Below are positions 8,226 through 16,466 of a DNA stretch of 64,000 nt, piece by piece (position 1 is the first letter of the stretch; every line of letters begins with the position of its first letter). Below the pieces are notes generated by a model. That model was given only the letters and a program-made list of their open reading frames with translations, was not told where the DNA came from and did no database searches. Source of the stretch: a virus. A program made the position numbers and the translations under genes. The stretch covers positions 36,407-100,406 of the IMG/VR virus record IMGVR_UViG_3300036981_000377; one strand, written 5' to 3'.

Positions 8226-9105
8226 TATGTAACCTCAAACTGTTTCGGGCGTGCATGACAGCTGCGACTAGCTCAGCGTAACCAATTAACATTCCGCGGG
8301 GGTATTCGACAAATAAGCCAAATACATTCATAACAGCTTTGAAGTCAGTGGCTTTTGCTGATTGCAAAAAAATAGCGGAAGATTTTTTGGCTCGATTTAC
8401 TGGCCGTTTAGCTTTCGGCCTGGTAATAAATAATTGTCTAACCTGTATTTCACAACCCGTGTCCGCAGGGTTGAGCACTACTCGCCACATTGAGCCAAAC
8501 GTATCTGTACCTAATTTACGGCTAATTTTTTTATAGTTTGCAATCTCCCGCTGCAAAGCTGCGTGGATAACTTTAGCGTTAGCCAGCATGTGTGGTTTGT
8601 CCCAGCCAGCACCTTCAAAATTAGTCGTTTTAATTACGTAGGTTTCAATGCGGCAAGTAACGAGCGCTGTTCGGCTTTGTTTCTGCAGCTGCCGCAAAGA
8701 ACGCGAAACACGCCTGTAAAGCTCTTCAGCCTGCCGAGCAGAACAGAACGGACAGAACCCAAATTTTCCGCAAGGTTTAATGGCTACAGCGTTTGCTGGC
8801 CAATGATACTCTAAGCTTGTTGGCCGGCAGTATAAGCAGCGCGCTACGCTAGCTTTTTGAATACCAGATCCGCTGAACTCAGAACCAGGAGACCAGAGCT
8901 CTCGCAGCACCAGCTCTTTGATGCGCATGAACCAGTTTCTGTGCGCTTGTTTTAAACGCCGAACTATCGTTGGCGAATGCACGCGCCGCGATTTGATCGC
9001 TTTGTTAGCGGCAGGGATTATGACATACCTGTGCGCAAACAACTGCGAAGCAAACCGCGGCACGCGTGCTATTTGCCACCGGGCAAGCCGGTAGTCTTCA
9101 ATCAT
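8146..9105 (-). CDS. Basic zinc-finger protein (CLYC...CGKFGFCPFC)
   Basis: 319 aa, Cys clusters, Arg/Lys-rich. Confidence 0.7.
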   Translation of the reverse strand: MIEDYRLARWQIARVPRFASQLFAHRYVIIPAANKAIKSRRVHSPTIVRRLKQAHRNWFMRIKELVLRELWSPGSEFSGSGIQKASVARCLYCRPTSLEYHWPANAVAIKPCGKFGFCPFCSARQAEELYRRVSRSLRQLQKQSRTALVTCRIETYVIKTTNFEGAGWDKPHMLANAKVIHAALQREIANYKKISRKLGTDTFGSMWRVVLNPADTGCEIQVRQLFITRPKAKRPVNRAKKSSAIFLQSAKATDFKAVMNVFGLFVEYPRGMLIGYAELVAAVMHARNSLRLHNATGCAYRRSRIEKPEKEQRFLPDVP

Positions 9106-9368
9106 CGATTCTGCTGAGCTTGATGAAACTTGAGGATAGCGTTTGTGGCTTCTTGAGTTTCAGCCTGATTATAACCTTCTTGACGTAAACGCCCTTCGAC
9201 ATAACGTCTCTCGGGTGTTCCGCTCATCGTCGTCGTCGAACCCGTGCTCGTATAGCTCGAGGAACTCGTGCTGCTCTGGCCGCCGGAAAAAAGCTGCATA
9301 ATGAATGCCATCGCGAACACGAGACCAATGATCACCCACATTCCGTTCGTATTTTGTTTTTGAGTCAT
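9102..9368 (-). CDS. Small membrane-anchored protein with Ser/Thr linker
   Basis: Start re-called at ATG 9368 (MTQKQNT); TM segment, then SSTSSSSYTSTGSTTT. Confidence 0.65.
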   Translation of the reverse strand: MTQKQNTNGMWVIIGLVFAMAFIMQLFSGGQSSTSSSSYTSTGSTTTMSGTPERRYVEGRLRQEGYNQAETQEATNAILKFHQAQQNR

Positions 9369-9454
9369 TCCACGCCCTTTCAATTCGAGTAAGTAACCAA
9401 ACAAACCACGCAAGTACAAACAACATCCCGTGAAATAACTCCGCGGGTAACTCG

Positions 9455-10006
9455 TCAAAGCTCACTAACGTCTCGGCCATTGGCGCTCCTTTGCCTGTTT
9501 TCGCAAATAGCGTTTACAGCCTTGGTTAACTCAGGTATACGCTCACTCTCTTCAAACGTGCCGTCGCCGACTGTGTTTGACATATAAATCGTCTCATCAC
9601 CGCAATCTGGAACGTCAGCGCGAAAGATGCCGTGACGCAGCCTAAGATAACCAATCTTTTTAGCGCTGACTTCATCAAAGACGTCGTACTGCTCCGGGCA
9701 CGCCGAGCACGTGCAAATCAGCCGGCAGCCATGAATTACGATGTCGTTAGGGGAAGTCGTGTAGCCGTGATAAGGTTGCGCCTGCAAACGCAACAACTGC
9801 TCAGCACGCTCTGCTGCTATAGCCCGTACCCTTTTTTGCACTACCTCGCGGCTAACTTTGTACTCGCCGCACCATTCTGTAGGCATCGTTGTTGGAAAAT
9901 TACCGTTCTTTGGCGGATAGCGCCGACAAACAGCTATGCCGACAATTTTTGCGTGATACATACAATTGCCGCAAGATTCTTTGTGTTCTTCTAACAGACC
10001 GCTCAT
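9455..10006 (-). CDS. Two-domain Cys-containing phage protein
   Basis: N-terminal CGNC..CRRYPP..WCGEY; C-terminal TCSACPEQYD..GYLRLRHG. Confidence 0.75.
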   Translation of the reverse strand: MSGLLEEHKESCGNCMYHAKIVGIAVCRRYPPKNGNFPTTMPTEWCGEYKVSREVVQKRVRAIAAERAEQLLRLQAQPYHGYTTSPNDIVIHGCRLICTCSACPEQYDVFDEVSAKKIGYLRLRHGIFRADVPDCGDETIYMSNTVGDGTFEESERIPELTKAVNAICENRQRSANGRDVSEL

Positions 10007-10049
10007 GTGTTTAGTTCCTGTGGTTTTTACTTTTAGGTTATTTAACGCG

Positions 10050-10385
10050 TTACAAATTTGCAGGAGACACTACGAGCTTTTTGCCCAACGAGTATTTGCG
10101 CGCGTTGGTGTCAGCGCCGTGGCCCCGCCGTTGCGCTTTGCTCTTGCTCCATTTCTTTCGGAGCTGGCCGGCTATAGCCGTAACGGCAGTTTCGTCAGGG
10201 TCAGGCGGGACGTTACTGCGAGAGTGCGTCGCGCATTTTTTCTTCGGGAGCTTATGAAGCTTAGCCAGCCGGTCTAAGCTTGCGCGAGAGATTTTAAGGG
10301 CTTGACTAATTTCACCCCGGGTTAAAGAAGTAGCCCAAATACGCTGCAGGGCCGGGACAGAAACAAGCGTGGCTAATTTACGCAT
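10050..10385 (-). CDS. Small basic HTH-like DNA-binding protein
   Basis: LTRGEISQALKISRASLDRLAKLHKLP helix-turn-helix pattern. Confidence 0.6.
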   Translation of the reverse strand: MRKLATLVSVPALQRIWATSLTRGEISQALKISRASLDRLAKLHKLPKKKCATHSRSNVPPDPDETAVTAIAGQLRKKWSKSKAQRRGHGADTNARKYSLGKKLVVSPANL

Positions 10386-10419
10386 AATGCAAAAAACAAC
10401 GTCCTTATTTTAGGGATTA

Positions 10420-10779
10420 TCAGTCAACTTTCTTTTTAGCTTTTACAGCGGGCTTCTTGCGCTTCTTTTTTGCTAATTTTTTTACGCTAGTTGTAACGTC
10501 TAGCGCTTCTTTGTACGACGAAGACGTATCAATATGGCTATCATCGCGTACTTCACGCCAAAGTTGATCAAAATTTGCGCGCGTAGTTAAGAGCTCGTTT
10601 TCTAGCTCGCGTACAAACGTGAACAACGCGCTAGTAAAACGCGAATGCACGTCGCCGCTAGACTGCAACCCTTCAACCATAAGCTCGAGCATCTCATTAA
10701 AGTCTGCGAGCTTACAGAGCTGTGAGTCTAGGTCATTCAGCCTGTCCCAGTGTTTCATTGTCATTATTTGCTCCTTCAA
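10420..10779 (-). CDS. Hypothetical coiled-coil protein with Lys-rich tail
   Basis: ORF; probable start near 10764 after AAGGAG. Confidence 0.65.
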   Translation of the reverse strand: MKEQIMTMKHWDRLNDLDSQLCKLADFNEMLELMVEGLQSSGDVHSRFTSALFTFVRELENELLTTRANFDQLWREVRDDSHIDTSSSYKEALDVTTSVKKLAKKKRKKPAVKAKKKVD

Positions 10780-11224
10780 AAGTTGTGTCTTCTAACTCAA
10801 GCAGTTCGTAGCCGAGTTTTTCGCGCTGGTCGTTAATGCGCTCTAAAAGTAACGCCGCAGCTAACTCAAAATTATCAACTTCAATAAACGGCAGAGTTTC
10901 TTGCAAGTGCTTAAGCTTTGTCGGGCCTACGCCTGCAATACGAATTTCATTCGGTCCCTGCTCTGTAAACAACTCCAGGCGCGCAATGTTTGCCGCAATG
11001 TAATTTTTCGTAAAAACAAGAATGCGCCCTTGCTTGTCTACAAAAAAAGCTGTGTTCTTTTCGTTTGTAATAACCCAACGAATAGCGTCTTCGCCGGGGT
11101 CTGTGTAGTGCTTAACTTTTGGCACGATACGGGAGCTAGGTCCGCGCCCGTGACACCGCTTGAATTTATCCCCAGAACCGCACGGGCAGCCCTCGTTGCG
11201 CCCAATCCTGTTACGAATAGCCAT
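10733..11224 (-). CDS. SEC-C motif zinc-binding protein
   Basis: IGRNEGCPCGSGDKFKRCHG matches the SEC-C motif. Confidence 0.85.
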   Translation of the reverse strand: MAIRNRIGRNEGCPCGSGDKFKRCHGRGPSSRIVPKVKHYTDPGEDAIRWVITNEKNTAFFVDKQGRILVFTKNYIAANIARLELFTEQGPNEIRIAGVGPTKLKHLQETLPFIEVDNFELAAALLLERINDQREKLGYELLELEDTTFEGANNDNETLGQAE

Positions 11225-11284
11225 ATGCCCTCCTTGCGAAAATGCGAGAGGCGCTAAGTGTACGCGAAACTAAGATTTAAGCAA

Positions 11285-11797
11285 CTATTTTTTGGCTTTT
11301 GAAGACGCCGACCGGCGAGATCGCGCTGCCGTGCCTTTGCGCCTGCTGTTAACCGGGGAATACGGCACTCCGGCCGTTTTGCACAGCACGTACCAACACG
11401 ACGGGCCAGCGCACGTTTCCCACCAATCTGCGGCTAATCGAAAAACCGTTTCTTTTTCGGCAAGGTCGTTAAATGTGCGGCGCAGGCTCCAGAGATTTTT
11501 ACCCTCAAGCTCGACAGAAAAGAAACCGCAGTCTCTGACTTTGAGCGCAACACGCAATGGTGCAGAAAACGAGATATAAAACGAAAAAGGCGCTTTGCTG
11601 TAGCTGGGCTGGTGCCCCTCGCAGCTGTACGAGGTTTTTGCGCCAAGCTGCTCAAGCATGAGCACGAAATAGTTTACGCCGGGGTCAATCGGGCCTGTGT
11701 AGGTCTTGCAGGGCGACGTGCGGTCTAGCTCTAACCGACAGGCGATATCCCAAATGTTTTCTGCAGAAGTAGCAGCTGAGCTTTTAGCAGCAGCCAT
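11285..11797 (-). CDS. Hypothetical protein with IDxG...TxxSCEGH motif
   Basis: Motif typical of a widespread phage family; start re-called at ATG 11797. Confidence 0.65.
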   Translation of the reverse strand: MAAAKSSAATSAENIWDIACRLELDRTSPCKTYTGPIDPGVNYFVLMLEQLGAKTSYSCEGHQPSYSKAPFSFYISFSAPLRVALKVRDCGFFSVELEGKNLWSLRRTFNDLAEKETVFRLAADWWETCAGPSCWYVLCKTAGVPYSPVNSRRKGTAARSRRSASSKAKK

Positions 11798-12049
11798 AGC
11801 GAATAGCTCCAGTAAGATTTGGACGAAAGACAGCACCCGGACTTAGGGTGCTTAGGGTGGTGCTTGGGAAAAAACGCAGAATGAGCGAGGCTAACTCTAG
11901 CGCTATCAACCCTTTAGCGCGATTACCTTACGAAAAAGTCATGCAACTTGCGTATATCTTTCTTACGAAAGCTAAGAAGATTAAGGATTTACTCATTCCA
12001 CGTGTGAGAAGGCGCACAATACGCCTTCTCTCACACACAAAAAACTACA

Positions 12050-12092
12050 TAGGCGCAGAGGGAGCAGTTGCCTGCCCCCTCTGCTTTACCTA
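12050..12092 (-). terminator. Probable intrinsic terminator
   Basis: GCAGAGGG/CCCTCTGC stem followed on the minus strand by GTTTTTTG. Confidence 0.6.
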
Positions 12093-12116
12093 CGCTGCCA
12101 CGCTCACACCGAACGG

Positions 12117-12731
12117 TCAGTCAAACACGCGCCGAACGCGCATGTTTGCGTCTATTGTGCGCTGAAACACGATTCGATACGAACCCGGACAAAGATTCCA
12201 ATTTCCGTGCTCCGGGTGCGAAATCACGCCTGGGTTCTTGAGCACGATAATTGGGCCAGAAAGCGCAAGAGAGTTAGTTACTTTATCCCCAAGTCCACGA
12301 GAGACCGAACCCCACCGATTTGCGTCAGTGTCATTTTCGCCTGTAATATTTTGCACGTAGGTTTGAATTTGAGCGTTAAACTTTGCTTCAAGATCAAAGA
12401 AATCGTCTGACCTTTCTGCGTCTTCATCATCGATAAAGCGCGAAGCATTGCACGTATAGACTTCAATGCCTGCTGAATTTTCGAGCATGTGCCTCGAGCC
12501 TTTTGTGTTCCCCGGCGCAAGCTGGACTGGAAATTCAGGATTATTCAGTCGCGTATAGAACACAGGCGTCGAGGTTACGGGCTCGATCAGTTGGATATAG
12601 ACGTCACCTTGGCGAACAGTATCGCCAATATTAGCTGCTTCTGGAAAATTCTGATCTCCGTCGTTGACGATCTTCTCGACCGCCTCCTCGACTTGCTTTA
12701 CCGCCTTCGCAACGTTAAGAGTAGCACTCAT
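12117..12731 (-). CDS. RQGDV / HxEH motif protein (usual partner of DUF6745 proteins)
   Basis: RQGDVYI, GSRH, HPEHGNWNLCPGSYRIVFQR. Confidence 0.75.
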   Translation of the reverse strand: MSATLNVAKAVKQVEEAVEKIVNDGDQNFPEAANIGDTVRQGDVYIQLIEPVTSTPVFYTRLNNPEFPVQLAPGNTKGSRHMLENSAGIEVYTCNASRFIDDEDAERSDDFFDLEAKFNAQIQTYVQNITGENDTDANRWGSVSRGLGDKVTNSLALSGPIIVLKNPGVISHPEHGNWNLCPGSYRIVFQRTIDANMRVRRVFD

Positions 12732-12822
12732 GGTTGTGAGCCCTTGTAAAAGTTAAAACTAGTAAGTCAACGCGCACGAACTCGAGCTTGATCGCTCGTT
12801 TATTTTTGATAGAGTTAGCGTC

Positions 12823-14151
12823 TTACGACGCGCCGACAATGTTTAGCGCATTTACGGCATAAGGCAGATGGTCACAAACTGCGCCGTTTGCTAGCCAGCT
12901 TTGTGCTGCTTCGCACGTATTAATCGGCGCAATATTGTCAGGATTAAATCTGCTCTCAGGCAGAATTTCCGGTATAGCAATAAAGTATTTACGCCCTGTA
13001 GACCGGCACGATAAGACCATGCGTAGTGGCTCGCGCCCAAATGCTGCCTTTGTTTTACGCGGAGCAATCAATACTTCTACGGTATTATCTACCCAATTTT
13101 CGCGCGAGTCTAAGACTACAGCACCAGAGTCGTGTAGGTACTTGCCCCAGCCATACCGGTCGATGGCAACACGGCGATTCTCTTCGTTATCGATCTCTTG
13201 GATTTCTTTTGGCTTAAGCGTTTCAGGCGCCATAATAATTTTTTCGCCGTGCTTGGCGAGATAGTGCCCTTCAAAGAACCAGACTGCTTTGCCGTCTGCC
13301 CACTGCACGGCTGGTCCAGATTCATTATGCAGGTTGTCGTCTGCGTCTAGCCGCATTACCGGGCGCTTGCCAAGAATTAAATAAGCGTCCCTGAATTGCA
13401 TAACTGCTGGCGTGTAGTGAAAGATCTCTTGATATTTGATGATCTCAGGATCTTTGCAGTTAAGCATCTTAGCTACGATCTCAGCGTGCACGGCGTCAAA
13501 CCAATGCTGCTGCGGTTGAAACTCGCCGGCTTCTAGGTCTTCTGTGAAGTTCGACACAGCGCCGCTTAACGTAATTTGCGCGCGCTCAACCAGCCTAGAA
13601 TTCCGGTAACTTAGCTTGTACGCAAGTTTTTCGTATTCGTTCACGTCCGGGGCGCCGGTAGCTGGCATCGAAATAAACAAATTGTAAAGATCGCTAAGCG
13701 TGCAAAGCGCTATTGCTGCGGTGTTGTCTCGCCCCGAACTGCTTCGCCAGCGTCTGGCCGGAATAGCACTTCCTTTGGTTTTTTGGGTAAGTTTATGCAG
13801 GTGTTGCTGCATCATATTATCCATCAAATTGTTTTTCATGTGCCGAGACCAATAGTTGCCGTTAACAATGTCTCGCATACCGCCGCACTTTTGGACGTTT
13901 GCCGCAAACGCCGAATCAATGCCGAGATAGTCGCAGTACTCTTTAGCTGAACTTTTGGCTATCCGGCCCCGAATGATTGCCTGCGCAATGTAGAACTGCA
14001 GCGGCGAATCCACAGCAAATACTTTGATTTTCTTATTTTTGCCAATGAGCAATTTCTTGGCTGCGTCAACATCTACAGCAGTGTCATGCAGAATTGTATT
14101 TTGCCACCGCGCTACAACTTCGGAAATGATCCGTTGAAACTTCTTGCTCAT
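12823..14151 (-). CDS. DUF6745-like protein
   Basis: VDSP, LHNESGPAVQWADG..WFFEG, NEENRRVAIDRYGW, CRSTGRKY..A..W. Confidence 0.75.
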   Translation of the reverse strand: MSKKFQRIISEVVARWQNTILHDTAVDVDAAKKLLIGKNKKIKVFAVDSPLQFYIAQAIIRGRIAKSSAKEYCDYLGIDSAFAANVQKCGGMRDIVNGNYWSRHMKNNLMDNMMQQHLHKLTQKTKGSAIPARRWRSSSGRDNTAAIALCTLSDLYNLFISMPATGAPDVNEYEKLAYKLSYRNSRLVERAQITLSGAVSNFTEDLEAGEFQPQQHWFDAVHAEIVAKMLNCKDPEIIKYQEIFHYTPAVMQFRDAYLILGKRPVMRLDADDNLHNESGPAVQWADGKAVWFFEGHYLAKHGEKIIMAPETLKPKEIQEIDNEENRRVAIDRYGWGKYLHDSGAVVLDSRENWVDNTVEVLIAPRKTKAAFGREPLRMVLSCRSTGRKYFIAIPEILPESRFNPDNIAPINTCEAAQSWLANGAVCDHLPYAVNALNIVGAS

Positions 14152-14160
14152 AAAACCCTT

Positions 14161-14553
14161 TCAGTACTCGCTCTTTAAAAGGATGGTTCGAGTCTGCGCG
14201 CCGTCAACCGGCATGCAGTAAACAGAAAACGTAGAGAGATCAAAATCGGTGTATTCTATTATTTGCTCAATTTCTGGCGGCAGATCTGAGTCAGCTTGGC
14301 ATAAAAGCCTTGCTGTCTTGTCTGGAAATACTTCAAGAGTCCAAAGCTGAAAATCCTGCAAGTTTGGCTTGCTGTTTAGCGTTGGCTGGTAAGATGCAAT
14401 TGCGTCCATAAGCCAGAACGCGCCATGCTTGCCGCCGTTTTCAGCGACGTATAGCGCGCCGTCTGTTAGCACCATTTTTGGGAACAGCGGAGACCACCTG
14501 TGCCAAGCTTCTGTTCCTGTAAATCCTGAAAGCTCTTTTACGTCAATTGGCAT
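14161..14553 (-). CDS. DUF6876-like protein
   Basis: LSGFTGTE, LTDGALYVAE..GAFWLMDAIASYQ, FQLWTL, QIIEYTDF, ILLKSEY. Confidence 0.75.
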   Translation of the reverse strand: MPIDVKELSGFTGTEAWHRWSPLFPKMVLTDGALYVAENGGKHGAFWLMDAIASYQPTLNSKPNLQDFQLWTLEVFPDKTARLLCQADSDLPPEIEQIIEYTDFDLSTFSVYCMPVDGAQTRTILLKSEY

Positions 14554-14597
14554 GTTATGTCTTTCTGATAGACAGGCTATAAGTATTAAAACGCGTA

Positions 14598-15017
14598 TTA
14601 ATCCAGAAAATCATTTGGGTCATTTGGATCTGCTGTTTTTTCTGTTTCGCACTTGTAGCAGATTAGCCCCATCTTGCTTCCGCGAAGGTCGCCAAGCTCG
14701 CACATGTCGCCGCAGTAGTGGCATTGATATGTGCACGGCGCTTCGTCGTCTTCTCGCTTGTTGTCCCAGTAGCGCTGCAGCTCTTCTGCTATCGTATTAG
14801 CTGGCGCGTAATAGTCGTCAGCATTTGCTACGTGCGCAATTTCTCCGTTAACTTTCATTAAATTAACGAATTCTGCAAACTCTGCGTCTTCAATCTCAAT
14901 AATCGATTTTAATACAGTACGCAGCCGGGCTTGCTCAGGAGCTGGAAACTCTTTCTTAAGTTTTTCCCATAAGCGGCCTATCTTTTGCATAAATCGAATG
15001 TTGCTAAATTGGCTCAT
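14598..15017 (-). CDS. Hypothetical protein with C-terminal CxxC..CxxC zinc ribbon
   Basis: CHYC...CYKC; AAAGG SD. Confidence 0.7.
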   Translation of the reverse strand: MSQFSNIRFMQKIGRLWEKLKKEFPAPEQARLRTVLKSIIEIEDAEFAEFVNLMKVNGEIAHVANADDYYAPANTIAEELQRYWDNKREDDEAPCTYQCHYCGDMCELGDLRGSKMGLICYKCETEKTADPNDPNDFLD

Positions 15018-15053
15018 GTTAGCCTTTCTTTTATTTGCGTTGTGATTGTGCTG

Positions 15054-15287
15054 TTACTCGTCTTCGTCAGCCAACATTTCAAATCCGGCTTTAAGCCGCG
15101 TAAATAAAGTCTGGTTACGCCTTGTGGGCACGTCGTCGTACGCTCTTGTGTCAGCTGCTTTCTGTGCGCCGTTGTGTCTTTTAGAGCAGTTATGCCGGCT
15201 TGAAATGCCGTCTATGACCTGAATTGGCCCGCCGCACGAAACACACGACATAACGTAATTGCGGCTTTTGTGTTCTTCGCTAGTCAT
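15054..15287 (-). CDS. Small zinc-binding protein
   Basis: CVSC...HNC; AAGGA SD lies inside the end of the upstream gene. Confidence 0.65.
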   Translation of the reverse strand: MTSEEHKSRNYVMSCVSCGGPIQVIDGISSRHNCSKRHNGAQKAADTRAYDDVPTRRNQTLFTRLKAGFEMLADEDE

Positions 15288-15290
15288 TTT

Positions 15291-15566
15291 TTATTCCTTT
15301 GTACGTTCGAGCAAACTACGCAGCGTGGCGGCTAATTCAAAACCGTGACTACCGCCACCCATTTCCCAAAACGCTTGCGCCTCGTGTTCTGCCCACCGTA
15401 CCGCATCTCGCTCCGCCTTAGTGAGCCGTAGTTGCGCAATCTCTTTAAGGTAATCTATGTCAGCCTGATCGGCGGCGGAGCGTAGCTCCTCAATCGCCGC
15501 CTGTAATCGCCGCACCTCCGCCGCCAGTAGGTCTAGATCGCGGCAGGTGTCAGGGTCAATTCTCAT
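15291..15566 (-). CDS. Mosaic protein with LTKAERDA...AATLRSLLERTKE module
   Basis: Start re-called at ATG 15566 (MRIDPDTC), preceded by GAGGAG from the upstream repeat. Confidence 0.7.
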   Translation of the reverse strand: MRIDPDTCRDLDLLAAEVRRLQAAIEELRSAADQADIDYLKEIAQLRLTKAERDAVRWAEHEAQAFWEMGGGSHGFELAATLRSLLERTKE

Positions 15567-15813
15567 CGCCCCGCTCCTCGTCGGTGAGCGTGGGAGGCGT
15601 ACGCTCGCCAGCGTTGCTGCTTGACTCGCCAAGGAACCGCTGCGGCCAAAACCTTTCCCCGGCTTTGAACTCTGTCCATTTTTCCAGCACGCGCACCGTC
15701 TCCAGCCAGCGTGTCTCTGCCGCGTGTTCTCGCCGGATCGTCACCGGCCACCACGCAAAAAACTCTCGCGTGCGCTCGTCTCCCACTTTAAACCGTTTCC
15801 AGTGTCGTCTCAT
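15556..15813 (-). CDS. Small Trp/Arg-rich protein ending in a truncated LTDEER module
   Basis: FFAWWPVTI..RWLETV; ATGA overlap with the upstream gene. Confidence 0.7.
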   Translation of the reverse strand: MRRHWKRFKVGDERTREFFAWWPVTIRREHAAETRWLETVRVLEKWTEFKAGERFWPQRFLGESSSNAGERTPPTLTDEERGDEN

Positions 15814-16082
15814 TTCGTCCTCTCCAGTAGTGCGCGGAGCGTAGCGGCTGCGTTGCCTGCGTGAATGATTCGCAACTGATTGTAAGCGAGCCGCACCGCA
15901 TCTTCCTCATCGTCGGTGAGGGTGGGCTGCTGGTGGCGGTAGAGCGGAACCACCACGCCGCTGCAACCCAGCGCAACGTCACCGGCAGTTGCGGCAGATG
16001 GGTATATGAACTCGCAATCAATCTCTTCGTCCTTGCCTGTCGGCGTCACGGCCCATGCCACAGGCTCGTTTGTTTTGATCAT
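15810..16082 (-). CDS. Mosaic protein: EPVAW...PLY module plus LTDDEEDA...AATLRALLERTK module
   Basis: 90 aa, coupled to the MazG-like gene by ATGA. Confidence 0.75.
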   Translation of the reverse strand: MIKTNEPVAWAVTPTGKDEEIDCEFIYPSAATAGDVALGCSGVVVPLYRHQQPTLTDDEEDAVRLAYNQLRIIHAGNAAATLRALLERTK

Positions 16083-16387
16083 GCTGTCTCCTTCACAAAA
16101 ATACCTTCTGGAGTTAACGTGCCCTTTCTATCTTTGATCTCGGCGTAGGCGCGAGCTAAGCATTGTTTTATGCTTGTGCCCTGCAATTCGCAGTACAGGA
16201 TCAACGTAACGAGCACGTCGCCAACGCCGTCCATAATGCCGTCGTCGTCGTTTTTAAGCGTGGCGTCAGCTAACTCGCCCAACTCCGACATCGTCTTCAT
16301 GAGTTGCGCCGTCGGGTTGCTGTTAGGGATGATCTTCCGGTCCATCGCCCACGTTAGTACTTTTTCTTCCAGTTCGTGAAACTTCAT
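16079..16387 (-). CDS. MazG-like nucleotide pyrophosphohydrolase
   Basis: WAMDRKI, QLMKTMSELGELA, DGVGDVLVTLI, AYAEIKDRKG, GIFVKE; start at ATG 16387 after AAGGGAG. Confidence 0.88.
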   Translation of the reverse strand: MKFHELEEKVLTWAMDRKIIPNSNPTAQLMKTMSELGELADATLKNDDDGIMDGVGDVLVTLILYCELQGTSIKQCLARAYAEIKDRKGTLTPEGIFVKETA

Positions 16388-16466
16388 TGTCGCTCCCTTG
16401 CGGTTAGTGTTACTGCTGACGACACAACTTATTGTCGTGTCGCTATTCTTGTTTTTTTGCGCCACA

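Noticed and set aside
8146-9105. Rolling-circle Rep or IS91-like transposase (zinc-finger resemblance)
   Set aside because: No HUH motif or catalytic YxxK is recognisable, and there are no terminal repeats.
11848-12165. Plus-strand 105-aa ORF
   Set aside because: It runs through two hairpins and overlaps a convergent gene, with no recognisable motif; likely spurious.
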